Shown: positions 1 through 9,509 of the stretch, in pieces
How the letters are laid out: every line of letters starts with the position of its first letter
How positions within the stretch are numbered: position 1 is the first letter of the stretch
Assembly: GCA_947053645.1 (NCBI GenBank)
Contig: CAMRTM010000002.1
Location: forward strand, 64,041-128,040
Length of the DNA stretch: 64,000 nt
Direction of reading: 5' to 3'
DNA from: an uncultured Bacillota bacterium
Lineage (GTDB): Bacteria; Bacillota; Clostridia; Christensenellales; UBA1242
Position numbers and translations under genes: made by a program
The notes under the pieces: generated by a model
What the model was told of the DNA's origin: nothing
Databases searched by the model: none
The model's input: the letters and a program-made list of their open reading frames with translations, nothing else

Positions 1-261
1 CGTATCACGACGGGACTACTTAATGATATTTTACACGATGCGATTTTAAATTTTGAGCCACCAGCACATTCTGGTCGCAAGGCCAAAATTCAATATATTA
101 CAGAGGCGTCGGTTGCACCGCCTACCTTTATCCTTTTTGTGAATGACGCAAAACTTATTAATTTTTCATACATAAGATATTTAGAGAACAGGTTTCGTGA
201 AAAAGTGGATTTCAGCGGCACTCCTATTAAAATTATAGTGAAGGGAAAGGAGGATAAATAA
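1..261 (+). CDS. der: GTPase Der (EngA), C-terminal fragment; 5' end lies outside the window
   Basis: Frame 1 is open from base 1 to TAA at 259-261. The translation (...PTFILFVNDAKLINFSYIRYLENRFREKVDFSGTPIKIIVKG...) looks like the KH-like C-terminus of Der. plsY follows, as in Bacillus. Confidence 0.8.
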   Translation, partial: RITTGLLNDILHDAILNFEPPAHSGRKAKIQYITEASVAPPTFILFVNDAKLINFSYIRYLENRFREKVDFSGTPIKIIVKGKEDK

Positions 262-262
262 C

Positions 263-1006
263 TTGAATATATATCTTGCATTTTTCTTAATTGCAATTAT
301 TTCTTATTTTATTGGTACCATTAATTTTGCCCGTATCATCGCTTGGCATGGAAGGCGTAAAGACATTACAAAACTTGGTAGCGGAAACCCCGGCACCATG
401 AATATGCTTAGAAACTTCGGTTTTGTAACTGCGTTTGCTACCATGCTTGCTGAGGTGTTTAAGGCGGGTCTTTGCTGCTTTATCGTTAAAATCTGTATGC
501 AAGGTACGGGTTATGAAACACTTGCTTATTACTTCTCTGGCTTATTTGTAGTCCTTGGCTTTGATTTTCCTGTCTACTTTAATTTTAAGGGCGGTAAAGG
601 TGTTGCATGTCTTGCTGGCGTCTTCTTCTTTAGCGAGATGTGGTGGGTGGCTCTCATACTTTTCGTAGTAGGAGTAATTCAAATCGCTATCACTGAATAC
701 GGCTCAGTTTCCTCTTTTATATTTATTATTGGTATGTCTATAGCAGTTACTGTAAATGCCTTCCTTACTGGTATACCGAATACTTGGGCTATCATTGTCA
801 TTGTTTGGGGGCTTGCGATCTTGACTATTTTAAAACACCACGAAAATATTCGCAGGCTGTTTAAAGGAGAGGAAAAGAAAGCAAATTTCAAATCTTCCAT
901 TAAAAAGATGTTTAAAAAACAACGCGGTGTCGAAGAAATAAGCGAGGACAGCGTGGAAAGCGAGCCAGAAACTGAAATCATTATTGAGGACAAAGAAGAC
1001 AAGTAA
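263..1006 (+). CDS. plsY: glycerol-3-phosphate acyltransferase PlsY
   Basis: TTG start with GGAGG about 9 nt upstream. Polytopic membrane protein with the PlsY signature GSGNPGTMNMLRNFG. Carries an extra acidic C-terminal tail of about 45 aa. Confidence 0.9.
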   Translation: MNIYLAFFLIAIISYFIGTINFARIIAWHGRRKDITKLGSGNPGTMNMLRNFGFVTAFATMLAEVFKAGLCCFIVKICMQGTGYETLAYYFSGLFVVLGFDFPVYFNFKGGKGVACLAGVFFFSEMWWVALILFVVGVIQIAITEYGSVSSFIFIIGMSIAVTVNAFLTGIPNTWAIIVIVWGLAILTILKHHENIRRLFKGEEKKANFKSSIKKMFKKQRGVEEISEDSVESEPETEIIIEDKEDK

Positions 1007-1083
1007 ACTTTAGAAAAATAATTGGAATTTTAGAATAATAACACTACCTCCAACATACATTACTGTATCTTGGAGGTATATTT

Positions 1084-2559
1084 ATGGAAAAATATGAAAT
1101 CTATGATGATATTAAATCCCGAACAAACGGTGATATATACATTGGAGTGGTAGGCCCAGTAAGAGTGGGAAAATCTACTTTTATAACCCAATTTATGCAA
1201 AAACTTGTTGTTCCAAATATCACAGAGAAGAACACTAAAGAAAGAACTATTGATGAACTTCCTCAGTCGGCTGACGGAAAGACAATCATGACAACACAAC
1301 CACACTTTGTGCCAAACGATGCGGTTAAGATAAAAATTGCTGGTGCTGATATGAAGGTTAGAATGATTGATTGCGTAGGCTATCTAGTAAGTGGAGTGAT
1401 GGGGCATACTGAAGACGATAAACCTAGACTTGTAAAAACTCCTTGGACTGAAAAAGAAATGCCTTTTGAAGAGGCGGCGGAACTTGGAACTAAAAAGGTT
1501 ATGCAGGAGCATTCTACAATAGGGCTTGTTGTCACCACAGACGGAAGTGTTACAGACATCCCTCGTGCCAACTATATCGACGCAGAAGAAAGAGTAGTGG
1601 CAGAAATGAAGGCAACAGGTAAACCTTTTGTCATGGTGCTTAACTGCAAAAACCCTTCTTCGCAAGAAAGCAAACGCCTTGCTTCCTCTTTAAGTGAAAA
1701 ATATGATGTGCCGGTTGTCGCTGTGAACGCTCTTGACCTTAAAGAAGGGGATGTTGATAAGGTATTTGAAAAACTTCTTGGAGAATTTCCTGTTAAAGCA
1801 ATACGCGTAAAAATGCCAGAGTGGCTTAGAGCCCTTTCATATGATAATGAAATTATCACTGAAATTGCAAGCGAAGTTAAACGCCTTGGTTCTCAGATTA
1901 CTAAACTTAGCCAAATGGATAAAAATCAACTTGCGTTTACTGAAAGTGAAGCTTTTGACCCTATCACTTTCTCTAGCATTGAACTTGGCGAAGGGGTTGT
2001 AAAATTCAATGTAATTCCTAAGGAAGATTTATTCTATAGAGTGCTTAGTAATGAGTGCGGTTATCAAATCAAGGATGATTATGAACTTGTCAACTATATC
2101 AAAGAGCTTGCTATTGCGAAACTTGAATATGATAAACTTAAGTATGCACTTGACCAAGTTAAGCAGACTGGTTACGGCATAGTAGAGCCACGCAAAGAGG
2201 AGTTTACTCTTGGCGAGCCTGAAATAATCAAGCAGGGTGGTCGCTTTGGCGTTAAACTTAAAGCAAGTGCACCAAGCCTTCACATTATGCGTGTGGATGT
2301 TGATACGGAAGTTACTCCTCTTGTCGGTACAGAAGAGCAAAGTCAAGATTTTGCGAAAAGTCTTGCAGAGCAGTTTGAAACAAATCCAGAGGAAATTTGG
2401 GACACTAATATTCTTGGAAAAAGTTTGTTTAGCCTAGTGGGAGAGAATATCAATTCTAAGATTGTTATGATGCCAGCAGAGGCACAACGCAAAATGCGTA
2501 AAACCCTTGGCCGTATCTTAAACGAAGGCAAAGGCGGAGTAATTTGTATCTTGTTGTAA
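1084..2559 (+). CDS. spoIVA: stage IV sporulation protein A (coat morphogenetic ATPase)
   Basis: 491 aa. N-terminal Walker A GVVGPVRVGKSTF. Length and overall sequence are typical of SpoIVA. Confidence 0.95.
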   Translation: MEKYEIYDDIKSRTNGDIYIGVVGPVRVGKSTFITQFMQKLVVPNITEKNTKERTIDELPQSADGKTIMTTQPHFVPNDAVKIKIAGADMKVRMIDCVGYLVSGVMGHTEDDKPRLVKTPWTEKEMPFEEAAELGTKKVMQEHSTIGLVVTTDGSVTDIPRANYIDAEERVVAEMKATGKPFVMVLNCKNPSSQESKRLASSLSEKYDVPVVAVNALDLKEGDVDKVFEKLLGEFPVKAIRVKMPEWLRALSYDNEIITEIASEVKRLGSQITKLSQMDKNQLAFTESEAFDPITFSSIELGEGVVKFNVIPKEDLFYRVLSNECGYQIKDDYELVNYIKELAIAKLEYDKLKYALDQVKQTGYGIVEPRKEEFTLGEPEIIKQGGRFGVKLKASAPSLHIMRVDVDTEVTPLVGTEEQSQDFAKSLAEQFETNPEEIWDTNILGKSLFSLVGENINSKIVMMPAEAQRKMRKTLGRILNEGKGGVICILL

Positions 2560-2563
2560 AATA

Positions 2564-2590
2564 AAAAGACGCAAGGAATTGCGTCTTTTT
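2564..2590. terminator. bidirectional rho-independent terminator between convergent genes
   Basis: aaaagacgcaa-ggaa-ttgcgtcttttt hairpin flanked by A- and T-runs, directly after the spoIVA stop. Confidence 0.7.
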
Positions 2591-2999
2591 ATTCGCTTTC
2601 GTCTTCATAGTGTAATTGATTTGGACTAACAATATGTTGTTTTTCATCTTCTGTATAAACAGGGGTGATAGCAACACTGTTCACGCACCAGCCAACAACT
2701 TCTTTGCCGTCATGATATCTCCATTTATCAGTGTTTGGGTCGGTGCTGAAGTCCTTAGCGGCTTCTTCCACACTATAGAATGTGCCGACTTTATAAACTT
2801 CAAGACAAATTGGGGACGACTGACGCTTTAAATTTTTCCCTTTAAAATAAGATCTTTCTATATTGATATCAAAAAGTTCAAACTTATAAGTTTCATGGCC
2901 ATATAACTTGATATTTTTAAAGTCACGAGATGGGATTTCTGTTATTCTCTCTGTGCATCCTATTTCCGTTATATATTCTTTAATATAATGCTTAATCAT
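2589..2999 (-). CDS. hypothetical protein, tandem paralogue 1
   Basis: 136-aa ORF. Shares IKHYI.E, T.EIPSR, EL(F/Y)DI.IE, YK.G.F and PVYT..E blocks with the adjacent ORF 3041-3466. Confidence 0.6.
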   Translation of the reverse strand: MIKHYIKEYITEIGCTERITEIPSRDFKNIKLYGHETYKFELFDINIERSYFKGKNLKRQSSPICLEVYKVGTFYSVEEAAKDFSTDPNTDKWRYHDGKEVVGWCVNSVAITPVYTEDEKQHIVSPNQLHYEDESE

Positions 3000-3040
3000 G
3001 TTTTTCTCCTTGCTTTATTATATCGCGGATAGCGGATTTG

Positions 3041-3466
3041 TCAAGAGTTTTCTTCTTCTTTATATTTGACAGCACTTATGTTTATTAGGTTTGCCCGCTC
3101 CTCGTTGGTATACACTGGATACATTGTTCCGCTTTTTATCATACGCATACCGATTGCTTTCTCTTTTACGAGGATTTTATATAAAGTGGGGTCAATGCGT
3201 TGAATTGTTTTCAGAGGCAGGAAGGAGCCGATTTTATAGCACTGTCTATAAAGTGGCTGTGAAGGTATTCTATAAAGCCTGCCTTCAATATCACCGATTT
3301 CAATCTCGATATCATACAGTTCAATTTCTTCAATATCTGTGCTTGACAAAACCAAGTCGGAGATTTTTCGTGAGGGAATTTCACGAGTGCATTCTTTATC
3401 AGAGGGCATATAATACTCATGCTTTTGGGAAGGGCGTTCTATTATGTAATGTTTAATATATTTCAT
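3041..3466 (-). CDS. hypothetical protein, tandem paralogue 2
   Basis: 141-aa ORF, paralogous to 2589-2999 (same conserved blocks in the same order). Confidence 0.6.
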   Translation of the reverse strand: MKYIKHYIIERPSQKHEYYMPSDKECTREIPSRKISDLVLSSTDIEEIELYDIEIEIGDIEGRLYRIPSQPLYRQCYKIGSFLPLKTIQRIDPTLYKILVKEKAIGMRMIKSGTMYPVYTNEERANLINISAVKYKEEENS

Positions 3467-3630
3467 ATTACATTATATTTCATAAATGAAAATTTGTCAA
3501 TGTTAATTTATGCACATATGTGGCAAGGCGGGCATAGATATATAATATGGAAAAAGAAAAGAAATTCAAGATCATATGTATTAAAGCCCCTAAATGGTTA
3601 GGCTTCTTTTTAAGAAAAATGCAAAAAGGC

Positions 3631-3660
3631 GAAAAAAAAGACTGACACAAAGCCAGTCTT
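3631..3660 (-). terminator. rpmB terminator
   Basis: On the minus strand: aagactg-gctttgtgt-cagtctt followed by a T8 run. Confidence 0.7.
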
Positions 3661-3676
3661 TACATATTTAAAGATT

Positions 3677-3859
3677 TTACGCCTTCTTTGCTTTTTTGAT
3701 GCATCGTGTACAAGCCTTAACTTTTTTAGGTTGGCCATCAACTTCGATAGTTGTCTCTTGAAGGTTTACTTCATAAGTCCTGTTCATCTTCTTATTTGAA
3801 AATGATACTTGGTGACCTGTTCCGCGTCCTCTTCCGCATACTTCACATACTCTGCTCAT
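3677..3859 (-). CDS. rpmB: 50S ribosomal protein L28 (zinc-ribbon, Cys-containing form)
   Basis: MSRVCEVCGRGRGTGHQVSFSNKKMNR... is a typical L28 N-terminus. CxxC...CxxC is present. Confidence 0.95.
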   Translation of the reverse strand: MSRVCEVCGRGRGTGHQVSFSNKKMNRTYEVNLQETTIEVDGQPKKVKACTRCIKKAKKA

Positions 3860-4056
3860 ATTCTTGTCCTCCGAAATTTCTTTTGCATTTTACTATACCA
3901 TCTTTTTGGCTAAAATGCAACTCTTTTTTCGTTAAAATTTTAAGAAAAGCAAAAATAGGCAAAATATTTTTAGAAAAACTTACTTTTTGTTTGTAATTTC
4001 TTATATTTTATAGTATAGTATATAAAGCGAATAATCTCTTTTAGGGGGAATGGAAT

Positions 4057-4407
4057 TTGACAGTCGATACTAATAACTATTATGGCAATATTTCTATCAG
4101 CGACAATTCAATTAGGATTGTTGCGGGTTATGCTGCTCTAGATTGTTATGGCGTGGTCGATCTTGTTTCTCGCTCACTAAAGGACAGTGCTCGCGAATTA
4201 TTTAAAAAAGAGTCTTATTCCAAGGGGATTAAGATAAGTCATATTGACAACAGAATTTTTATTGATGTTTACTGTATCTTAAAATATGGTGTGTCTATCA
4301 GTGCCGTTGCGGAGTCCCTCCGTGGTACTGTGAAATACAGCGTGGAAAACTTTACCGGTATGCTTGTTGACGCTGTTAATGTTCATGTTGTCGGAGTTAG
4401 GGTTTAG
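4057..4407 (+). CDS. Asp23/Gls24 family envelope stress protein
   Basis: TTG start after GGGGGA. YGNISISDNSIRIVAGYAALDCYGVV is typical of Asp23/DUF322. Conserved position upstream of yloV and divergent from rpmB. Confidence 0.85.
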   Translation: MTVDTNNYYGNISISDNSIRIVAGYAALDCYGVVDLVSRSLKDSARELFKKESYSKGIKISHIDNRIFIDVYCILKYGVSISAVAESLRGTVKYSVENFTGMLVDAVNVHVVGVRV

Positions 4408-4421
4408 GAGAAGGATGAATT

Positions 4422-6056
4422 ATGATTAAGAAGATTGACGGGGCAACCTTCCGCAAAATGATTATTGCCGGAGCGGGACTCCTTGAACAAAATAAGAAAT
4501 ATGTGGACTCACTTAATGTTTTCCCTGTACCAGATGGCGACACTGGTACCAATATGTTTTTGACTATGAAGTCTGCTGTAAACGAACTTGGCAAATGTAT
4601 CAACAACAATGTTAAAGAACTTTCAGATGCTTTTGCAAAAGGGGCATTAAAGGGCGCAAGAGGTAACAGTGGGGTTATTACCTCTCAGATATTTAAAGGT
4701 TTCTGTACCGAGATTGGCAAGTCTACTGATATTACCACTAAGGTTTTTGCCAAAGCTATGCAGGAGGGTGCCAATATTGCATATAAAGCAGTGACTAAAC
4801 CTAAAGAGGGAACTATTCTTACCGTTATTCGTGTAATGGCGGAGAATGCTGTAAATGCTGCTAAGAAATGCGACGACTTTGAAGTTTTCTTAAAGAGCGT
4901 GCTAGATACCGGTGAGGAAATTCTTAAACAAACACCCGAGATGCTTCCTGTGCTTAAAAAAGCGGGGGTGGTTGACGCCGGTGGTCGTGGTATATTAATC
5001 ATATTTACAGGTTTCTATAAACTTATCATGGGCGAAGAGGACTTTGAATTCTCTTTTGAAGATGAGCAAAAGCCTCAGACTGTTGATGATGTCATTGCAG
5101 ATATTACAAATCTTGGAGATATTCAATTTGGCTATTGCACCGAATATATGATTATTCATATGAACAAAAAGACCACTGAGGCAGACATTGATAAACTTCG
5201 TGAAAAGCTTATGCAAATTGGCGATAGCGTAATCTGTATTGGCGACCTTAATTTAGTAAAAGTGCATGTTCATTCTAACGAGCCAAACAAGGCGATAGGC
5301 TACGCTTTGGAACTTGGTGAAATCTACAATATAAAGATTGAAAACATGAGAGAGCAAAATCGTGAAATCAAGAAGAAAGCCAGTGTGCAAGAGCCTACTA
5401 AGGAGATTGGTATGGTTGCTGTTGCACCAGGAGATGGACTTTCTGCAATCTTTAAAGACCTTGGTGTCGATGAAATAATCGTCGGTGGACAGACAATGAA
5501 TCCTAGTGCCGAAGATATTGCAGCGGCAGCTGATAAAGTACCAGCAAGGAATGTAATTGTTTTCCCTAACAACAAGAACATTGTACTCGCGGCACAGCAA
5601 GCAAACGATCTTACAAACAAAAACTTGGTTATAATTCCAACTAGAAGCGTTCCAGAGGGCATTTCAGGCTCAATAGCCTTTAATCCTGACGCAAGTGTGG
5701 AAGAAAATACTGAGGCTATGAACGAGGCGATAAAAAGCGTTAAATCAGCATCAGTAACCTATGCTGTAAGAGATACACATGTTGACGGCTTTGACCTAAG
5801 GGTGGGAGAGATTATCGGACTTGATGATAAGGCTATTCTTGCCAAAGGAAAACTTGTGGCAGATACCACAGAGGCTCTCATTGCAAAACTTATGACTGAT
5901 GAAACAATGACTGTGACACTTTTCTATGGCGAAGATATTCGTGAAGAAGAAGCAAATGCTCTTGCGGAGAAACTTACAGAGAAATACCCAGACTGTGAAG
6001 TATCTTGTGCCTATGGCGGTCAGCCAGTATACTATTATTTAGTTTCACTTGAATAA
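4422..6056 (+). CDS. yloV: DAK2 domain fusion protein YloV
   Basis: 544 aa with the DAK2 motif PDGDTGTNM and a DegV-like C-terminal half. Synteny with asp23. Confidence 0.9.
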   Translation: MIKKIDGATFRKMIIAGAGLLEQNKKYVDSLNVFPVPDGDTGTNMFLTMKSAVNELGKCINNNVKELSDAFAKGALKGARGNSGVITSQIFKGFCTEIGKSTDITTKVFAKAMQEGANIAYKAVTKPKEGTILTVIRVMAENAVNAAKKCDDFEVFLKSVLDTGEEILKQTPEMLPVLKKAGVVDAGGRGILIIFTGFYKLIMGEEDFEFSFEDEQKPQTVDDVIADITNLGDIQFGYCTEYMIIHMNKKTTEADIDKLREKLMQIGDSVICIGDLNLVKVHVHSNEPNKAIGYALELGEIYNIKIENMREQNREIKKKASVQEPTKEIGMVAVAPGDGLSAIFKDLGVDEIIVGGQTMNPSAEDIAAAADKVPARNVIVFPNNKNIVLAAQQANDLTNKNLVIIPTRSVPEGISGSIAFNPDASVEENTEAMNEAIKSVKSASVTYAVRDTHVDGFDLRVGEIIGLDDKAILAKGKLVADTTEALIAKLMTDETMTVTLFYGEDIREEEANALAEKLTEKYPDCEVSCAYGGQPVYYYLVSLE

Positions 6057-6111
6057 AAAGTTATGCTTGACATAACTTTTTTTTGTGGTAGAATAATTAT
6101 GGGGATAGACT

Positions 6112-6714
6112 ATGGAAGAGAGAATGACGATTAAGGAAATCGAAAGCAAAATTGAAAACTTGAAAATAAGATTTTCTAAGATGAAAAAACAAGACAAACA
6201 AAGAGGCATTGATGATGAGGATGTGTTTTTGAAATTTGAAAAAATTTCCAAATTTAATTCCACCGAAATGAAAATGGCAGAATATTACAGGCTTTTAAGA
6301 CAAGAGGCTGTAGTCAAGGTGGCGCAAAGAGTAAAGAAAGAAAAACAGATTTTATCACTCCTTAAAAGTTTTAAACTTGTAAGGGAGGGTGGAAACCCTA
6401 TAGCAGGAGAGGAACTTTTTAAGTTCTTGGACCTTGAAAGCAAAATTGACTCTTTGCATAACGAGGCTCATGCAATACGAGAGGTTTCCAGATATATTAG
6501 TTACATTTTTATTAATTCACGCTTAAAAGATTCAAAATCCTTGCAAAGAGATACAAATAAAACCTATGATATTTTAGGAAAACTGGAAGATATCTCGCCA
6601 GAAAAGCCTTTATCTTGGCGACATGTAAAAATTATGGGGGCGATTTTTAAAAAGGAGATTACAGAAATTACTTCAATTTGGAATCAATTTAGAAGTGAAT
6701 GTGAAGTAGTATAA
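6112..6714 (+). CDS. hypothetical protein (Lys/Glu-rich, coiled-coil-like)
   Basis: 200-aa ORF between two clean terminators. No recognisable motif. Confidence 0.5.
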   Translation: MEERMTIKEIESKIENLKIRFSKMKKQDKQRGIDDEDVFLKFEKISKFNSTEMKMAEYYRLLRQEAVVKVAQRVKKEKQILSLLKSFKLVREGGNPIAGEELFKFLDLESKIDSLHNEAHAIREVSRYISYIFINSRLKDSKSLQRDTNKTYDILGKLEDISPEKPLSWRHVKIMGAIFKKEITEITSIWNQFRSECEVV

Positions 6715-6768
6715 AGATATTGCTTAAAAACAATATCTTTTTTTCTTTGAAAATGTTAAAATAAATTC

Positions 6769-7557
6769 ATGGAAAGATTAGATGTATTGCTTGTAAAACA
6801 GGGGCATTTCTCATCACGAGAAAAGGCACAGGAATATATTAAAAAAGGTGAGATTAGTGTAAATGCTAAAGAGATAATTAAACCTTCTTTTTTGGTAAGC
6901 GAAGGCGACAGGGTGGAAGTGAGAAAGGGCCAAGAATTTGTCTCACGCGGCGCTTACAAGTTGAAAACCGCGGATGAGGAGTTTAATCTGGATTTTAGAG
7001 GCAGAGTAATACTCGATATCGGTGCAAGTACAGGTGGGTTTACACAGTATTCTCTTTCTAAGGGGGCAAAAAGGGTTTACAGCGTTGATGTCGGCCGCGG
7101 GGAACTTAGCCCAGTGCTATTAAGTGACGAGAGGGTTGTAAACATCGAGGGGCAGGACTTTCGAACCCTAGATAGTGACAGGTGCAAAGATGTGAATATG
7201 ATAATAGGGGATGTGTCTTTTATTTCACTTAAGCATATTTTTCCTAAAATTGTAAATGATTATGGCAATAAAATAGAGATTGTTATGCTATTTAAGCCGC
7301 AATTTGAATGTGGAAAAGATATGGCGAAAAAATATAAAGGAGTAGTACTTGATAAAGCCCTTCATATAAAACTACTTGAAGATTTTTTAGCGTATGTAAA
7401 AACTTTTGGGTTTGTGGTTTCAGGACTTTGTCATTCTGCCATAAAAGGCAAAGAGGGAAACATTGAATATCTTTTTCAGTTAAATGGAAAAAACCAGAAA
7501 GCAATAAATATCGAAAGTCTTGTTAATTGTGCATTTAAAAACAAAAAAACGGACTAA
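6769..7557 (+). CDS. tlyA: TlyA family rRNA (cytidine-2'-O)-methyltransferase
   Basis: S4-like N-terminus (RLDVLLVKQGHFSSREKAQEYIKKGEISVN) followed by an FtsJ-type SAM motif DIGASTGGFT. Confidence 0.9.
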   Translation: MERLDVLLVKQGHFSSREKAQEYIKKGEISVNAKEIIKPSFLVSEGDRVEVRKGQEFVSRGAYKLKTADEEFNLDFRGRVILDIGASTGGFTQYSLSKGAKRVYSVDVGRGELSPVLLSDERVVNIEGQDFRTLDSDRCKDVNMIIGDVSFISLKHIFPKIVNDYGNKIEIVMLFKPQFECGKDMAKKYKGVVLDKALHIKLLEDFLAYVKTFGFVVSGLCHSAIKGKEGNIEYLFQLNGKNQKAINIESLVNCAFKNKKTD

Positions 7558-7575
7558 ATTGTCCGCTTTTTTCAT

Positions 7576-8226
7576 TTAAAATCTGCCGGCTGTTGGGTAG
7601 AGTGGCAGGTCTTGTAAGCCCTGACATACATCGGTGTCTGGGGCTGCTTGGCAAGGCGGTACCACTGGGTAGCCGTAAGATGGTATCAGTAAGTCTACAA
7701 CCGAAGTCACCTTTATCATAATCTGGATGCAGGCAGTTACTGTAAAGGTGTTGTCAGCAGAATAGGTGCCGATATTGCTTGAAAGTAGTGCTGTTGCTGT
7801 GATGTTCACAGGTGTGGATGCAGGTTGTGGTACGAAAAGTACTACACGCTTTTGTACTGTCACAGAACTTGATGCTGTGCCTAGCACGCCATTTGCATCC
7901 CTATAAGTAACTGTTACGGGAATTGTCACCGTCATACTAACATTTGCGTAGTTAGGAGAAGATTCAATTCGGTCTACTACAAGGTCGGAAACAACTGCTG
8001 GTGCGCCAGTGGTATTTACCGCAGACACAAAAGTAAGAGGGAAAGCGGGATTTTCTGGGTTGTAGCCAGTCACTGGAAGTATTACACCTGTTTCTGTTGT
8101 TTGGCTTACGCAAGCGTCAAAAACTTTGGTAGTTTCAATCATAACTTTTTCACAGATTCCATTTAGTGGATTGCCCACCATAGGTCCTGGTCGGTTAGGA
8201 TTTGTATTGTTTATAAAAAACGACAT
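7576..8226 (-). CDS. hypothetical beta-rich Thr/Val/Ser-rich protein (possible spore-surface or jellyroll-type protein)
   Basis: 216-aa ORF with no signal peptide. N-terminal GICEKVMIETTKVFDAC, then long T/V/S beta-strand-like segments and a Cys/Pro-containing C-terminus. Monocistronic, between two terminator regions. Confidence 0.55.
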   Translation of the reverse strand: MSFFINNTNPNRPGPMVGNPLNGICEKVMIETTKVFDACVSQTTETGVILPVTGYNPENPAFPLTFVSAVNTTGAPAVVSDLVVDRIESSPNYANVSMTVTIPVTVTYRDANGVLGTASSSVTVQKRVVLFVPQPASTPVNITATALLSSNIGTYSADNTFTVTACIQIMIKVTSVVDLLIPSYGYPVVPPCQAAPDTDVCQGLQDLPLYPTAGRF

Positions 8227-8399
8227 TTATTAACCTCCTTTAGTTTATGCTTAAACTTCATCTAGGATAGGGCATCCATAGGTAGCAGAGTTTTGCATAC
8301 ACTTTAAAATATGCAAGAAGGAGTAAATTTTGTGCATAAAACCCCTTTTTATTTGCATATGTAGGCAGGGTTGTGGTAAAATTTAAAAGCGAGGAATTT

Positions 8400-9495
8400 A
8401 TGTTATTAGATAATATTAAAGAAAAACTTAATGCGTTTAAAGAGGATTTATCCTTTTTAAAGGAGTGTCTTTGACCCGACTGGGCTTGAAAGTAAACTGA
8501 AAGATTTAAAAGATAACCAGTCACGAGAAGATTTTTATTCTGACCAAAAACTTGTTCTTAAAGTTGGAAAGGAAATTAAGGAAATTGAAAATAAACTTAC
8601 TCTTCTTTCAGGGCTTGAAGGGCAAATTAACGACTGCTTGGCACTGATTGAAATGATAGAAGAAAGCGGTGAAGAGGAACTTGGCAGGGAACTTGAAGAG
8701 AGTATTCTTTGTCTTCAAGGCGACATTGAAAATGCTAAGATTGCAACCCTTTTAAATGGAAAATATGACGCAAGTGATGCCATTATAACTATTCACGCTG
8801 GAGCGGGTGGTACCGAGGCACAGGACTGGGCAGACATGCTTTACCGTATGTACTCGATGTATTGCGACAAAAATGGTTTTAAGCGTAAAGTTTTAGATGT
8901 ACTTGAAGGCGATGAGGCTGGACTTAAAGCAGTCACTTTTGAAGTAGGTGGAACAAATGCCTATGGCTATTTAAAAGCGGAAAAGGGGGTGCATCGCCTT
9001 GTGCGAATTTCGCCATTTGACTCCAACGCACGCCGTCACACAAGTTTTGCGAGCGTAGAAGTAATGCCAAAAATTGAAGATGCTCCTGATATTGAAATAA
9101 GGGCGGAAGACCTGAAAATTGACACCTATCGTGCCTCGGGTGCGGGGGGACAACACATCAACAAAACGGATAGTGCGGTAAGAATTACCCATATTCCAAC
9201 CGGTATTGTTGTTGCCTGCCAGACAGAGCGTAGTCAGGTGCAAAACAAGGAAACGGCTATGAGTATGCTCTATTCTCGGCTTGTAGAAAAACAGGAAAGT
9301 GAGGAGGCGGAGAAACTTGCTGCAATTCGTGGAGAGATAAAGAAGATTGAATGGGGAAGCCAGATACGAAGTTATGTTTTCTGTCCTTACACACTTGTAA
9401 AAGACCATAGAACAGGGTATGAAGACTCTAACATTCAAAGTGTTATGGACGGCAATATTCAAGAGTTTATAAATGATTATCTTAAGAAAATTTAG
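8400..9495 (+). CDS. prfB: peptide chain release factor 2, expressed through a programmed +1 frameshift at 8472
   Basis: ORF0 8400-8474 reads MLLDNIKEKLNAFKEDLSFLKECL-TGA. The +1 frame from 8473 continues DPTGLESKLKDL... into the 8638-9495 ORF, which carries the SPF (RISPFDS) and GGQ (SGAGGQH) motifs. Confidence 0.9.
8461..8475 (+). promoter_or_regulatory. RF2 autoregulatory +1 frameshift site
   Basis: AGGAG-tgt-CTT-TGA-C: an internal Shine-Dalgarno-like element 3 nt before the slippery CUU UGA C, as in E. coli prfB. Confidence 0.9.
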
Positions 9496-9509
9496 AGGTT
9501 AAAATTATA

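Noticed and set aside
8258-8524. 88-aa minus-strand ORF across the prfB 5' region (and 8971-9462 antisense to prfB)
   Set aside because: It overlaps the RF2 ORF0 and frameshift site, which explain the region fully.
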